From positions 5,952,001 to 6,016,000 of the forward strand of contig CM059432.1 of assembly GCA_030390025.1 (NCBI GenBank): a DNA stretch of 64,000 nt, written 5' to 3'. Source of the stretch: Squalus acanthias (taxonomy: Eukaryota). Under the pieces are notes generated by a model, which did not search any database, was not told the origin of the DNA, and worked only from the letters and a program-made list of their open reading frames with translations. This document shows, one piece after another, positions 1-12,617 of the stretch; the stretch's first letter is position 1, and every line of letters starts with the position of its first letter. Made by a program: the position numbers and the translations under genes.

Positions 1-1710
1 ACAGCCAATGAAGTACTTTTTGAAGTGTAGTCACTGTTGTAATGTAGGAAACGCGGCAGCCAGTTTGCGCACAGCAAGCTCCCACAAAGAACTTCTTCTT
101 AGGCAGTCCCTCGGAACCGAGAATGACTTGCTTCCATATTAAAAATGGGTTCTCAGGTGACTGATGAGTCCAATGCAGGACCTACAGTCTCTGTCACAGG
201 TGGGACAGACGGTGGTTGAAGGGGCGGGTGGGTGGGGTCCTTGTGCTGCTTGCGCTTGGCTTCCGCTTGCTCCCGGTGAAGAAACTCGAGGTGTTCAGCG
301 CCTTCCCGGATGCTTCTCCTCCACTTTGTGCAGTCTTGGGCCAGGGATTCCCAGGTGTCGGTGGGGATGTTGCACTTTTTCAAGGAGGCTTTGAGGGTGT
401 CCTTGAAGCGTTTCTTCTGCCCACCTGGGGCTCTCTTGCTGTGCCGGAGCTCAGAGTAGAGCGCTTGTTTTGGGAGTCTTGTATCGGGCATGCGGACGAT
501 GTGACCCGTCCATCGGAGCTGATCAAGCGTGGTCAAAGCTTCGATGCTGGGGATGTTGGCCTGAGCGAGAACACTGACGTTGCTGCGCCTATCCTGCCAA
601 TGGATTTGCAGGGTCTTGCGGAGGCAGCGTTGGTGGTACCTCTCCAGTGTTTTGAGGTGCCTGCTGTACATGGTCCATGTCTCTGAGGCATACAGGAGGG
701 CGGGTATCACTGCTGCTCTGTAGACCATGAGCTTAGTGCCGGGTTTGAGGTCCTGGTCTTCAAACACTCTCTTCCTCAGGCGACCGAATGCTGCACTGGC
801 ACACTGAAGGCGGTGTTGGACTTCGTCATCGACGTCTGCCCTTGTTGACAGTAGGCTCCCGAGGTATGGAAAGTGGTCCACGTTGTCCAAGACCTTGTCG
901 TGGATTTTGATAATCGGGGGACAGTACTGTGTGGCGGGGGCAGGTTGGTAGAGGACCTTTGTCTTACGGATGTTTAGTGTAAGGCCCATGCTCTCGTACG
1001 CTTCAGTGAAGGTGTTGACGATGGTTTGGAGTTCGGCCTCCGAGTGAGCGCAGACACAAACGTCGTCTGCATACTGTAATTCGACGACGGAGGATGGGAC
1101 GACCTTGGATCTGGACTGGAGGTGACGGAGGTTGAACAGTTTCCCGTTTGTTCTGTAAATTAGCTCCACTCCAGCGGGGAGCTTACTGAGGGTGAGATGG
1201 AGCATTGCAGCAAGGAAGATCGAGAAGAGCGTTGGTGCGATAACACAGCCTTGCTTCACCCCAGTCCGTACGTGAATTGAGTTTGTGGTGGAACTGTTGG
1301 TCAGGATCACGGCTTGCATGTCGCTGTTCTTTGTTCTCAGTGAGCACTGGCTCTTCACTTAAACTTAGCTCCCAAATTCCCAGACCTCTCCCTCAAACAG
1401 CAATGTGATAATAACCAGATACTGTAATCTGTTTTAGTGATGTTGATTGAGGGATTAATATTGGCCCAGGACACCGGGGATAATTCCCCTGCTCTTCTTC
1501 GAAATAATGCCATGGGAACTTTTACGTCCACCCGAGAGGGCAGACAGGTTTTACATCTCATCCGAAAGACGGCACCTCCCACAGTGCAGCACTCCATCAG
1601 TACCAAGTGTCAGTCTAGAAATTTGTGCTCAAGTCTCTGGAGTGGGACTTGAGCCCACAACCGTCTGACGCAGAGGCGAGGGTGCTACCAACTGAGCCAC
1701 AGCTGACACC
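1..1710 (-). mobile_element. tRNA-derived Deu-type SINE (SacSINE1-like), split by an RTE insertion (SINE parts 1-88 and 1388-1710)
   Basis: Minus-strand head gtgtcagctgtggctcagttggtagc (A box) and gggctcaagtcc (B-box-like); body matches the copies at 5580, 39330 and 48422. Confidence 0.8.
89..1387 (-). mobile_element. 5'-truncated RTE-clade LINE (RT domain plus 3' end)
   Basis: ORF 153-1358 carries GVKQGCVIAPTLF, YADD, FPYLGS and LRWTGHIVRMPDTRLPK; (AAG)n tail near 91-100; imperfect TSD ctcccacaaa (79-88) / ctccctcaaa (1388-1397). Confidence 0.92.
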
Positions 1711-2679
1711 AAAAAGCTTGGTCGAAGAGGTGGGTTTTAAGGAGGCTCAAAGGAAGAGAGGAAGGTGGAGAGCTGGAGAGGTTAAGTGAGGTAATTGAAG
1801 TGATTTTAATGTTATTTTTCTTTTCTGCTTACTCCAAATATTTAGTTATAACGGTTTGCCTTTAACTGTGTGGTAAGTTTTATGAATGGTAGCAAGGTGC
1901 AAAAGACTTAATCACGCATATATTTCTCTCAATGGCAATAGCTGCCGAACAGACAATCATCAACACTTCATAGGGGTCAAAAGCTTCAGTGGTCCAAGGT
2001 CAGAGACTTGCATAGTTACAGGCTACATTGCTCCAATTAGTTACAGCCCTGACAGAACAGTAATATTATCTCACCATTTGTCTCCATTTCTTGTCGACTG
2101 TTTATTTTCATGATCTGCTCTGTTGGTGTCCCTGGTGTTTCCTCTCCTTTCTCTATTATGTATTCCACCTTTTCTCTCTGTGTTGTTATTTCTTTCTGTT
2201 ACTCAGCCAGTATAAATTCTCAGTCCTCTCCACTATCTTTTTCAGTTGTTTTCACTTTTGCTTTACTTAAATTGTATTCCCTCTTTCACTGAACTACGTT
2301 ATACTGAGGCATAATCGGCCCTTCATCTTAAGCACTGGTTCCAAATCCACAGCCAAGTTGCTCAGTCTTGATAAAAAAAAACTCCTCAATCCTCATATGA
2401 TTCAGAGGACATGCTCATGCACTCAAATATCCTACTTTCATAAGATTCTTGTCTCTTGGCTGCATCTTAGTATGCAGGTCACCTCTAGTATACATATGCT
2501 GAACGCATGAGCTTGCACATGGCCATTGTCTTTTTACAGCTCAGTGATGTCACCAGTCAGAGCTTGTTGTGAGTTCTCTGATTGGCAGCAAGGCAGAGGA
2601 GAAAACAAACTGGAGGTTGAGTTGCAACAGGGACAATCTTACGCCGCTCCCATTAGCCTTCATTATCGGGGCCTGGAAA

Positions 2680-3190
2680 CCTTTCAGTCACTTAATATCA
2701 GACAGGCAGTTCAACAACACAGAGGCTGTCATGGAATTGAGGGAAGTGACAGTCGTGGAATTGAAGGAAATGACAAAGAGGTAGCGTACATAAGGAAGCT
2801 GAACCCCTGCCTGCGGAAGATGTCTCCAGGGACAGCATGAAGATGAGGAAGCGGAGGGGACCAAAATCAAGATCTTTTATGAACTCTGAAGGTGACTGTG
2901 CAGGGATGCAAAGAGAACTCATTGTCAGAGATGTGCTGGCTGTGTATGCACGAGTACGAGGGCAGTCCTGTGGAGCTGGACAGCGGAAAAGGTGAGTGGT
3001 CGACTGTACCAAATGCTGCCGAGAGGCCGAAGGGGACAACATGAAATGATAGTACACTGCACTCAGTCACAAGGATATAATCCATGACTTTGGCAAAGGC
3101 AGTCTCAACTACAACCATATGTAGCTGTAAAACCTTGGTGCCAATGTTTTGTGGAGAGATGCTACAGTGGGGATGATCTGAGCACAAGGT
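2680..3190 (-). mobile_element. Old L2/CR1-group LINE RT fragment
   Basis: Degenerate LSAAFGTVDH (cf. DLSAAFDTVDH) and VETAFAKV motifs. Confidence 0.55.
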
Positions 3191-3418
3191 TTTGACATCT
3201 TGGTCTGCCCCAGTCAACAGGTGTAGCATTAATTTCATGCTGGCTGGGCCTGGGTGCCAGAGTGCTCGCTGTCTCTGCAGAGAGAAATATGTCTCCAGAG
3301 GTGAAAAGGGTACTAAAGTGCCATGGTATTGGCTAGCAGCAAAATGGTGTCAAAACCTTTCTGACAATTCTAAGTGGTCAGGAGCAATGGCATCACAAAA
3401 CACAGATTCTGAGAGTTT

Positions 3419-4070
3419 GGGGATGAAATTCAGCTCCTTTTTGCTTGCCATTAGCGCCTCCGGGGGTCGCTTACAGGCCACAAAGGGGTTACCGCCCCGG
3501 GGGGGAAGCGCCTCCCGCGAAATTCAGCGGAGCGTTGCTGAGGCGCTACCAGATAGTGGCGTGCCCCCGCGCCTCCAGTGATGAAGTCATCGCCGTGCGC
3601 GGCGGCCCCTTACTGCCCCGCGGCAGAAATTCGGCTGTGCCTCGCGAGGCTGCCGTGGGCGATGTCAGCGCCAGCCTCGCGGGTCGCGAGCCGGGCCGAC
3701 CTCCGCTAGCGGGGCAGTAGTTAAAGGGGAGGTGCAACCGCGACCCGCGCCACCATTTTCTTTTTTTGGCCGACCTCCAGGGAGCTTGCTGTGTGCAAAT
3801 TGGCTGCTGCGTTTCCTACATCAAAAGTACTTCATTGGCGGTAAAGCGCTTTGGGACGTCCTGAGGTCATGAAAGGCGCTGTATGAATGCAAGTCTCTTT
3901 TTTTTTAAAAAGGAGTCAGTCATCACTGTCCTGCTTCCCTTAGTTGAGAGTAAAGTAGTGTCTGAGGCACTGAATTTCGCGGCCGGGACAGGACTTCCTC
4001 GCCGGGCGCAGGATGTCCCGCCTTGCCAGCGTTACCTCCTCGAAACAAAGCGCTACCGAATTTCACGCCC
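3419..4070. mobile_element. GC/CpG-rich non-autonomous TIR element (Harbinger-like MITE) interrupted by a SINE tail fragment
   Basis: Ends ggggatgaaattc / gaatttcacgccc are imperfect inverted repeats; a SINE 3' piece lies at ~3781-3900; no clear TSD. Confidence 0.6.
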
Positions 4071-4544
4071 AATGACATTTTTCTGCTTGTACACAAATTT
4101 CTGTTAAATATGGAAATTCCCATTTATCTGAGGGCACTGCAATAAAAGCCCATCTCTAATGTGATTGCTTAGAGGCATAGGCCGTAAAACAACAGGCATC
4201 TAAGCTTGACTCTAACTATCAGCTTGGCTCAGTTGGTATCACTCTTCATCATCTCAGAATCTGAAGGTAAGTTCAAGTTCCACGACAAAACTTGAGCACA
4301 AAATCCAGGCTGACACCTCAGTGCAATGCTAAGGGAATTCTGCATTATCAAAGGTTAAATACCATTTCAAGACCATTCTTTGTACATGAAGCACTTTGGG
4401 ACATTTCTGGGAAACATGATAACATGCGATGTAAATGCTTTCTTTAAGTCAAATGGTTGCAGAAAAAAGTTTTACAGCCACCAACTACTCAAGACCACTT
4501 GCTTTTATGTACATGTTTCACTATTTCTCAACCAGATAGCTAGT

Positions 4545-5103
4545 CATCACACTACGATGGAACATACGACCATTTAGCCCCTTGTGCCTGTTCCGCAATT
4601 CAATGAGATCATTGCTGATCTGCGACCTAACTCCATATACCTGCCTTTGCCCCATTTGGTTAACAAAAATCTGTATCAATCTCAGATTTAAAATTAACAA
4701 TTAGCATCAACTGACGTTTGCAGAAGAGAGTTCCAAACTTCTACCACCCTTTGTGTATAGAAGTGTTTCCTAACTTCACTCCTGAAAGATCTGGCTCTAG
4801 TTTTAGGCTATGTATCCTAGTGCAAGACTCTCCAACCAGCAGAAATAGTTTCTCTCTCTCTACCCTATCAGCTCCCCTTAATATCTTGAAAACTTCAACC
4901 AAATCACTCCTTAACCATCTAAATTCCAGGGAATACAACCCTAGTTTGTGTAACCTCTCCTCGTAATTTAACCCTTGGAGTCCAGGTATCATTCTGGGAA
5001 ATCTACGCCACACTCCCTCCAAGGCCAATATATCCTTCCTATGGTGTGGTGCCCAGAACTGAACACAGTGCTCCAGGTGTGGTCTAATTAGGGCTTTGTA
5101 TAG
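4545..5103 (-). mobile_element. CR1 LINE 3' fragment
   Basis: LYKALIRPHLEHCVQFWAPH...LGLYSLEFR, a typical CR1 ORF2 C-terminus. Confidence 0.85.
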
Positions 5104-5267
5104 GAAGGCCATGTTGGCTGGAATTCGGGATTTATCACTTCTCTTGCTATGCTACATATCAAATCTCCTGTTAGCTGATCACTGAGCAGCAGTGATGATA
5201 GTGGAGAATTCAGTGCCTCAGGCAATGCTTTACTCTCAACTAAGGAAAGCAGAACAGTGATAGAAGT

Positions 5268-5565
5268 ATAGAAGCATAGAAGATAGGAGCAGGAGTAGGC
5301 CATTCAGCCCCTCGAGCCTGCTCTGCCATTTAATGAGATCATGGCTGATCATCCAAATTCAGTACCCTGTCCCTGCTTTCTCCCCATATCCCTTGATCCC
5401 TTTAGCCTTAAGAAATATATCTATCTCCTTCTTGAATATATTTAATGAATTGGCCTCAACTGCCTTCTGTGGTAGAGAATTCCACAGGTTCACCACTCTC
5501 TGGGTGAAGAAATTCCTCCTCATCTCAGTCCTAAATGGCTTACCCCTTATCCTTAGACTGTGACT
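5268..5565 (-). mobile_element. Young CR1 LINE 3' end
   Basis: Near-identical to 53594-53885; short tandem tail and conserved 3' UTR ggagcaggagtaggccatt. Confidence 0.88.
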
Positions 5566-5579
5566 AACTCATTAAAAAA

Positions 5580-6019
5580 AAACGACGTGCATTTATATAG
5601 CGCCTTTCATGACCTCAGGACGTCCCAAAGCGCTTTACAGCCAATGAAATACTTTTGAAGTACGTGGGAAACGCAGCAACCAATTTGCACACAGCAAGCT
5701 CCCACAAACAGCAATGTGATAATGACCAGATAATCTGTTTAAGTGATGATGATTGAGGTTGAGGGATAAATATTGGCCAAGACACAGGTGATAGCTCCCC
5801 TACTCTTCTTCAAAATAGTGCCATGGGATCGTCTACGTCCACCTGAGAGGGCAGACGAGGCCTCGGTTTCATGTCTCATCACCTCTGACAGTGCAGCGCT
5901 CCCTCAGTACTGCACTGGAGTGTCAGCCTAGATTTTTGTGCTCAAGTTTCTGGAGTGGGACTTGAACCCACAACCTTCTGACTCAGAGGCGAGGGTTCTA
6001 CCCACTGAGCCACAGCTGA
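5580..6019 (-). mobile_element. Full-length tRNA-derived Deu-type SINE
   Basis: A box tggctcagtgg, B box ggttcaagtcc, central domain and L2-like tail gaaaggcgctatataaatgc. Confidence 0.85.
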
Positions 6020-6629
6020 GTACTCAATCATCTTTCTACCATGGATGCAAATTGCACTACAATAAAATAAAATAGAGGGGGAAATATACTCAAATTAGGA
6101 TTTAAAAGAGGGACTCTTTAACCTCTAGCCACTCTACAAACATTACTGATACCAAGAAAAGTCAGACATATTTTTTCCCCTCTACTGATAGCAGACTTGA
6201 CTCAAGTCAAAGAGAAAGATAATTAAACAATCAAATTTCTGCATTAATTAAACACACAGGCACTGCAGCAATGGAGTTCTTGTCCCCCACTAATGAAAAC
6301 ACACAATGCTCCAAGCTCATGATGTACTGTCAGTGAAACACTTTCAACAATAAAAGGCCTGGAAGTAATTCAAAACAATCTCTTTTTAATCAGGGCTCAA
6401 CTGAAACATGCAAAGGATTGTAATAATTATGTTTAATTAAATGAGCTCAAAACTGAGTTTTCCACCAGATTCTACTTCCCTGAATGTTCTGTTATGCACA
6501 CATTATTATTTTGCCCAACACTCAAATGTCACAATTAATACCGCTGTCAAATGTTTCTTCTGGGAATATATATACTACAAAACTCAACCATGTATGACAC
6601 AACTGGCAAGCAGTCAAGAATCCTGATTT

Positions 6630-8640
6630 TCTCCTTTGCCACTAAACTATATTTTCTCTCATCTTGATACTATTCTTCCCCCTCAACGCCATCCAGTATC
6701 TACCCACCGAATTATGTGAGTTCAGATTTCCCACTGCTGCTTTAATAATTTCAGATTCTACAACCTCAATCATCTTTCTGCCACGGATGCAAATTGCACT
6801 ACAATTCCATCCTTCACCAGGACAGTTTGTGGGCTTTACACTTCTTCCTTGAACAGCGGCCTAACCAGTCCCCATCACTCACCATCACCCTCTGCCAATC
6901 TGAACTATTCTCACCTTGAACAATTTCTCTTTTATCTCCACTCACTTTCTCTTGCCTGTCTTTTTGTGGGATGTTTGTTGAACACTCTGTTCAAGTTTTT
7001 TTTAATTCATTCACGGGGTGTGGGTGTCGCTGGCAAGGCCAGCATTTATTGCCCATCCCTAATTGCCCTTGAGAAGGTGGTGGTGAGGCACCATTTCAGA
7101 GGGCAGTTAAGAGTCAACCACATTGCTGTCCTGATCAGGTCCCTACCCTGACATCCTCTTCTATTACATTGATGACTATTTTTGGTGCTGCTTCCTGCTC
7201 TTGTCTGATTTTGAAAATTTCATTAACTTTGCTTCCAAGTTCCACCCACTCCTCACCTTCATGTCTTCCATCTCTGCCTCTTCCTTCCCTGTCATGGACT
7301 TTTTTCTGTTTCTGGCGATGGGGTTTCCATAGACTTACTCCCACCACTACCTGGAATATGAGCTTCTAAAATGTCCTCCGTTTTCCTCAAGCAAGGATTG
7401 TTCTCTGCAGTAATCAACAAGAACCTTGACCGAGTCCACCACAGTTCCTCTGATTCTTCTGTCACCTCCTCTTGTTGCATACATTATAGGATGCCCCTCA
7501 TCTTCCCTTACCACCCACCAATGAGATCAACTTCCACAACCTGCAATATGATGCCACTACCAAACATATCTTCTCCTACTCTCTCCGCTTCCTGGAGAAA
7601 ACGCTTCCACTGCAACACCCTGGTTCACTCTTCCACCACCCCAACTTCTAGCCATCCTCCCCCTGGCACCTTACTACGTAACTGCAGGAGATGCAACAAG
7701 TATTCATTCACCTTCTCCCACACCATTGTCCAGAGCTCTAAACAATCCTGTGTGAAACAGCAATTTACATGTACTTCCTCTGATGTGGCACACTATATTT
7801 GCTGCTCACAGTGTGGTCTCCTCTGTATCAAGAAGACCAAACGCTTCCTGAACACGTTTGTTCTGTCTGTAAGCGTGATCTTGCCTCCGTGTGGTTCCCC
7901 TGCCCCCAACCTCCCCACTCCGCTTGAACTTCTCTTCCCATTTCCATTCCAACTTATCTGCTTTCGGCCACTTACACCATTCCAACGAAGCTCAACGCAA
8001 GCTTCAGGTACAATATCTTACCTATCTTCTAGGTGCTCTGTAAACCTCTGGTCTAAAGATTGACTTCAGTAACTTCAGACTTTAGCTATACCCTTCATTT
8101 TCTTTATAACAGGTGTGCCTGTCAGTGTCGGGAGAAGAGAGACAAGTCATAATGGAAGAGGAAGAGGCCTTTTGTCAGAACACAGTGATGACTGTGTGAA
8201 GGGACTGCACCCTTGTTGATGGCCTATTTATTCTCCTTTTGGAGCTGGCAGAACTACTGTTTTTGTCAGCATGTTTGGTTTTAATTTCAGACCTGATCTG
8301 TGTTTTCCATTTCTCCCATTTTCTTTCTTTTCCTTGGGCAGGCCTTTCACTTCCTTAGCTATTCACACATTCTTGGTTTGTTTAATGTCTTTAATGGCTC
8401 TCTCCATTACTTGACGAGATGATTTGTTACATCGTCTATTAATCATGCCATTGACACTTCCACCCGGTTAGTCTGATTTTTCCCTTCCCAAACCCTTTTT
8501 TTCTGATTCTATTAACATGCTTATTCATTTCTTTTCGGATGAAGGGCCAAGCCTGAAACGTTAACTTGTCTGTTCTTTCCACAGGGGCTGACTGGCCTTA
8601 GTGTTTCCAGCTTCTTCTGTGGTTTTTTAAAATTCCTGAT
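6630..8640 (+). mobile_element. Degraded Penelope-like element (RT, GIY-YIG endonuclease, 3' pLTR)
   Basis: Remnants of ALHFFLEQRPNQSP, YIDD, PLIFPYHP and FTCTSSDVAHYICCSQCGLLCI (GIY-YIG region); terminal motif gatgaagggc...gaaacgttaac at ~8536. An unrelated LINE 3' piece is inserted at ~7000-7130. Confidence 0.8.
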
Positions 8641-9621
8641 TTGGTCTTCTAACTAATGTGTTCATTCGTGCGGTCAATGTAACTTTTTCACACCATTCTA
8701 ATAAGTCATCTGAATAAGTGGATTCACCCCACATGACTCAAGTTTGCATTCCCCCCATTTCAAGTCAACACTACAGCAGATCTCAATCATCAGCCGCTCA
8801 CAAAGGCACCAGGTTGATGAGTAATGTGGTGAAACCACCATATTAACCTTCCTTGCTGCCAAGATCTGAGTGAATGCCATTTAAAGTGAAATTTCAGAGT
8901 CATTCCTGGCCTGTGTTTACACTGGCATTCAGGCTAGGATCAAAATGACAAGGAGGTGAGTTTGTATTCTGACTTACATCTGAAGATGATTTATCACCGA
9001 GACAGCACGCAATTGCCAAATGATGTAATCGCTATAATCTTTTCATTGTTGTTAAGTCACTCACCAGTGCCCTCCAAAGACTCATTTTTAGAATAATTCA
9101 TATCCCAATTAGAGTGTCAACCCTACGTAATCCCATTCAGGACGTCAGGATGATCCAAACTGAATGCAGTCCATCAGGGTTTACATTGTGGTTGTCCACA
9201 GGTCAATTCACATGCCATGAGGTACAGTTCACCTGCCAGATTCATACGCTGACAACTGATCTAGATTGAATCCAAATAAAAGATCCGCATCAAGCTGTTT
9301 GACCCAATCTTTGGAGAATTTTAGACTTCATGGCCCAGACTTGCACCAACGCCAAGTTCTTAATCTGATGTCATGCGACTGGAGTGGAAGTGTTATGCTG
9401 GGTGCTTTGGATCACTTTAACTGTCAGTTGCAACAAATCCATTGTGTCTGCATCTGAACAAGACTTCAGAGTTTATAAAACACAGACCTCATGGTTCACG
9501 TTAGCAAAGCTTGCCTATCTGATTTCAGACACGGAGGCGCTGCTAGCTGAATAACGAGGATGTGAAGATAAAGTACCAATACTGTATTGATTTTTCAGTT
9601 AACTGTCTGCAAAGAAATATT

Positions 9622-10336
9622 GGCCTAGAAATTCCGTTCCCTACGGGTGTGTACACGCTGTATATTCACCCGTAGGGCCAACGGAAGTGCCGGTTTTACG
9701 CATGTACTGCACATGCGCTGGTAACCGGCACTTCCGTTCTCTGCAGAAAGGGCTTCCCAGGTCAAACGCCTGCGCCGGATAGGCAGCGCGTACGTTAGAA
9801 ACTTCCGGTTTTTTCACACTGGCTTGAGTCCAGGTAAGTCGGGAACAGCTGTGCCTAGAAAAGCAGGCGCAAGGCCTGTTTTTAGCAGGCTAATCGTTTA
9901 AGAAAGTAAAAAAATGAAATTTTTCCACTGATTTATCATTTTAAAATACTTTAAAGAAAGGTAAGTTTATTTTTAGCCCCGTTAAAAACTTTAATTATTT
10001 TTATCAAAAATTTAAATTTATAGTCATTTTAAAAATGTGATTTTTTTAAAAATGTATTTGAAGTTTTACTTATGTTTTGGAGCTGATCTCTATTCATAGA
10101 TTTGACAGGTCTTCCTGTCAAATCTATGAATGGAGATTCCCTGCTCTGATTGGCTCCCCATGGTCCACGTGATCCCAGGGACGCTGCGAACTAGTTGCGC
10201 CCCTGGGATACGCGTGCCCTGCACACCGGCAGTTTGAAGAGGCACAGCAACGGAATTCTGCGCCTCCCGGGAGCCCTCCAGTCCAGGCACAGATTTTTCC
10301 GAATTGCAGCCCTCCCGCGAACGGAATTTCTGGGCC
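9622..10336. mobile_element. Harbinger-like MITE, copy 1
   Basis: TIR ggcctagaaattccgttc / gaacggaatttctgggcc (17/18 match); homologous along its length to 51432-52128. Confidence 0.85.
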
Positions 10337-10701
10337 ATAGTATTTGGTAAATAAGCAACATATGCAAATACTGGTCATGTGCACTGTTCCCCCTAAGCTG
10401 CACTGCCGCGCAGTTCCCTCGAGACTACCGCAAATCAGGTGTTGCAGGCGCTCTTCTTAATAGCGTTCCACAGGCTCGTTCTTTAGGCCCACAGTAGCAG
10501 GCTTCGGCACCTGCGCGCTGGAGCCCGCTGCAGGCCAGACACTGAGCCCTGAGCTACTCGAGGTGAAACGCTGATTATCCACACCACCATTCCTGTGGCC
10601 TGCTGCGCATGCAGGTGGTATCCCAGAGCCGCGCACTCGCATTATCCAGCATGGCCACATTTTCTTCAGCTCCGTGGAAGAACTGGATTCGCTGGTGGCT
10701 G

Positions 10702-11410
10702 GGGAAGAGAGCGAGAGAGACTAGGGGGAGGGGAGCGAGAGAGACTAGGGGGAGGGGAGCGAGAGAGACTAGGGGGAGGGGAGCGAGAGAGACTAGGGGG
10801 AGGGGAGCGAGAGAGACTAGGGGGAGGGGAGCGAGAGAGACTAGGGGGAGGGGAGCGAGAGAGACTAGGGGGAGGGGAGCGAGAGAGACGGGGGGAGCGA
10901 GAGACTGGGGGGGAGAGAGAGAGACAGAGAGACGGGAGGGGAGAGGGAGAGAGAGAGAGACGGGAGGGGCGAGGGAGAGAGAGAGAGACGGGAGGGGAGA
11001 GGGAGAGAGAGAGAGAGACGGGAGGGGAGAGGGAGAGAGAGACGGGAGGGGAGAGGGAGAGAGAGACGGGAGGGGAGAGGGAGAGAGAGACGGGAGGGGA
11101 GAGGGAGAGAGAGACGGGAGGGGAGAGGGAGAGGGAGACGGGAGGGGAGAGGGAGAGGGAGACGGGAGGGGAGAGGGAGAGGGAGACGGGAGGGGAGGGG
11201 GAGAGGGAGAGCGAGAGAGAGACAGGGGGAGAGAGAGAGACAGGGGGAGAGAGAGAGACAGGGGGGAGAGAGAGAGCGCGAGAGAGGGACAGGGGGGAGA
11301 GAGAGAGAGAGAGAGAGAGGAGGACAGGGAGAGAGAAAGAGGGAGAGGGACAGGGAGAGAGAGAGAGAGAGTGGGACAGGGAGAGAGAGAGAGAGAGAGA
11401 GGGACAGGGA

Positions 11411-11457
<47 letters not shown>

Positions 11458-11571
11458 GGAGAGAGAGAGAGGGGCAGGGAGAGAGAGAGAGTGGCAGGGA
11501 GAGAGAGAAAGGGGCAGGGAGAAAGAGAAAGGGGCAGGGAGAGAGAGAGGGGGACGGAGAGAGAGAGGGGG

Positions 11572-11610
<39 letters not shown>

Positions 11611-11656
11611 CAGGGAGAGAGAGAGAGGGGCAGGGAGAAAGAGAAAAGGGCAGGGA

Positions 11657-11704
<48 letters not shown>

Positions 11705-12574
11705 GGCAGGGAGAGAGGGGGACAGGAAGAGACAGGGACAGTGAGTGAAAAGGGAGAGGGAGAGCGGGAGGGGGAGCGGGAGGGGGAGGGGGAGCGGGAG
11801 GGGGAGCGGGAGCGGGAGAGGGAGGGGGAGAGGGAGGGGAACGGGACAGAGAGCGGGAGAGAGGGACAGGGAGAGACAGAGGGCAGGGAGAGAGAGAGGG
11901 CAGGGAGAGGGAGAGGGCAGGGAGAGGGAGAGGGCAGGGAGAGGGAGAGGGCGGGGAGAGGGAGAGGGCGGGGAGAGGGAGAGGGCGGGGAGAGGGAGAG
12001 GGCAGGGAGAGGGAGAGGGCAGGGAGAGGGAGAGGGCAGGGAGAGGGAGAGGGCAGGGAGAGGGAGAGGGCAGGGAGAGGGAGAGGGCAGGGAGAGGGAG
12101 AGGGCAGGGTGAGGGAGGGGGCAGGGAGAGGGAGGGGGCAGGGAGAGAGAGGGGGCAGGGAGAGAGAGGGGGCAGGGAGAGAGAGGGGGCAGGGAGAGAG
12201 AGGGGGCAGGGAGAGAGAGGGGGCAGGGAGAGAGAGGGGGCAGGGAGAGAGAGGGGGCAGGGAGAGAGAGGGGGCAGGGAGAGAGAGGGGGCAGGGAGAG
12301 AGAGGGGGCAGGGAGAGAGAGGGGGCAGGGAGAGAGAGGGGGCAGGGAGAGAGAGAGGGCAGGGAGAGAGAGAGGGCAGGGAGAGAGAGAGAGAGGGAGA
12401 GAGAAAGAGAGGGAGAGGGAGAGAGAAAGAGAGGGAGAGGGAGTGAGAGAGAGAGGGAGAGAGATAGAGAGAGAGAGAGGGGGACATGGAGAGAGAGGGG
12501 CAGGGAGAGAGAGGGGCAGGGAGAAAGAGAGAGGGGCAGGGAGAAAGAGAAAGGGGCAGGGAGAGAGAGAGGGG

Positions 12575-12617
<43 letters not shown>

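Noticed and set aside
3419..3780. CpG-island promoter
   Set aside because: Lies within a TIR-bounded MITE and no first exon is evident.
5190..5262. C/D box snoRNA (gtgatga box C-like motif)
   Set aside because: No suitably placed D box or terminal stem, and it is antisense to the host gene.
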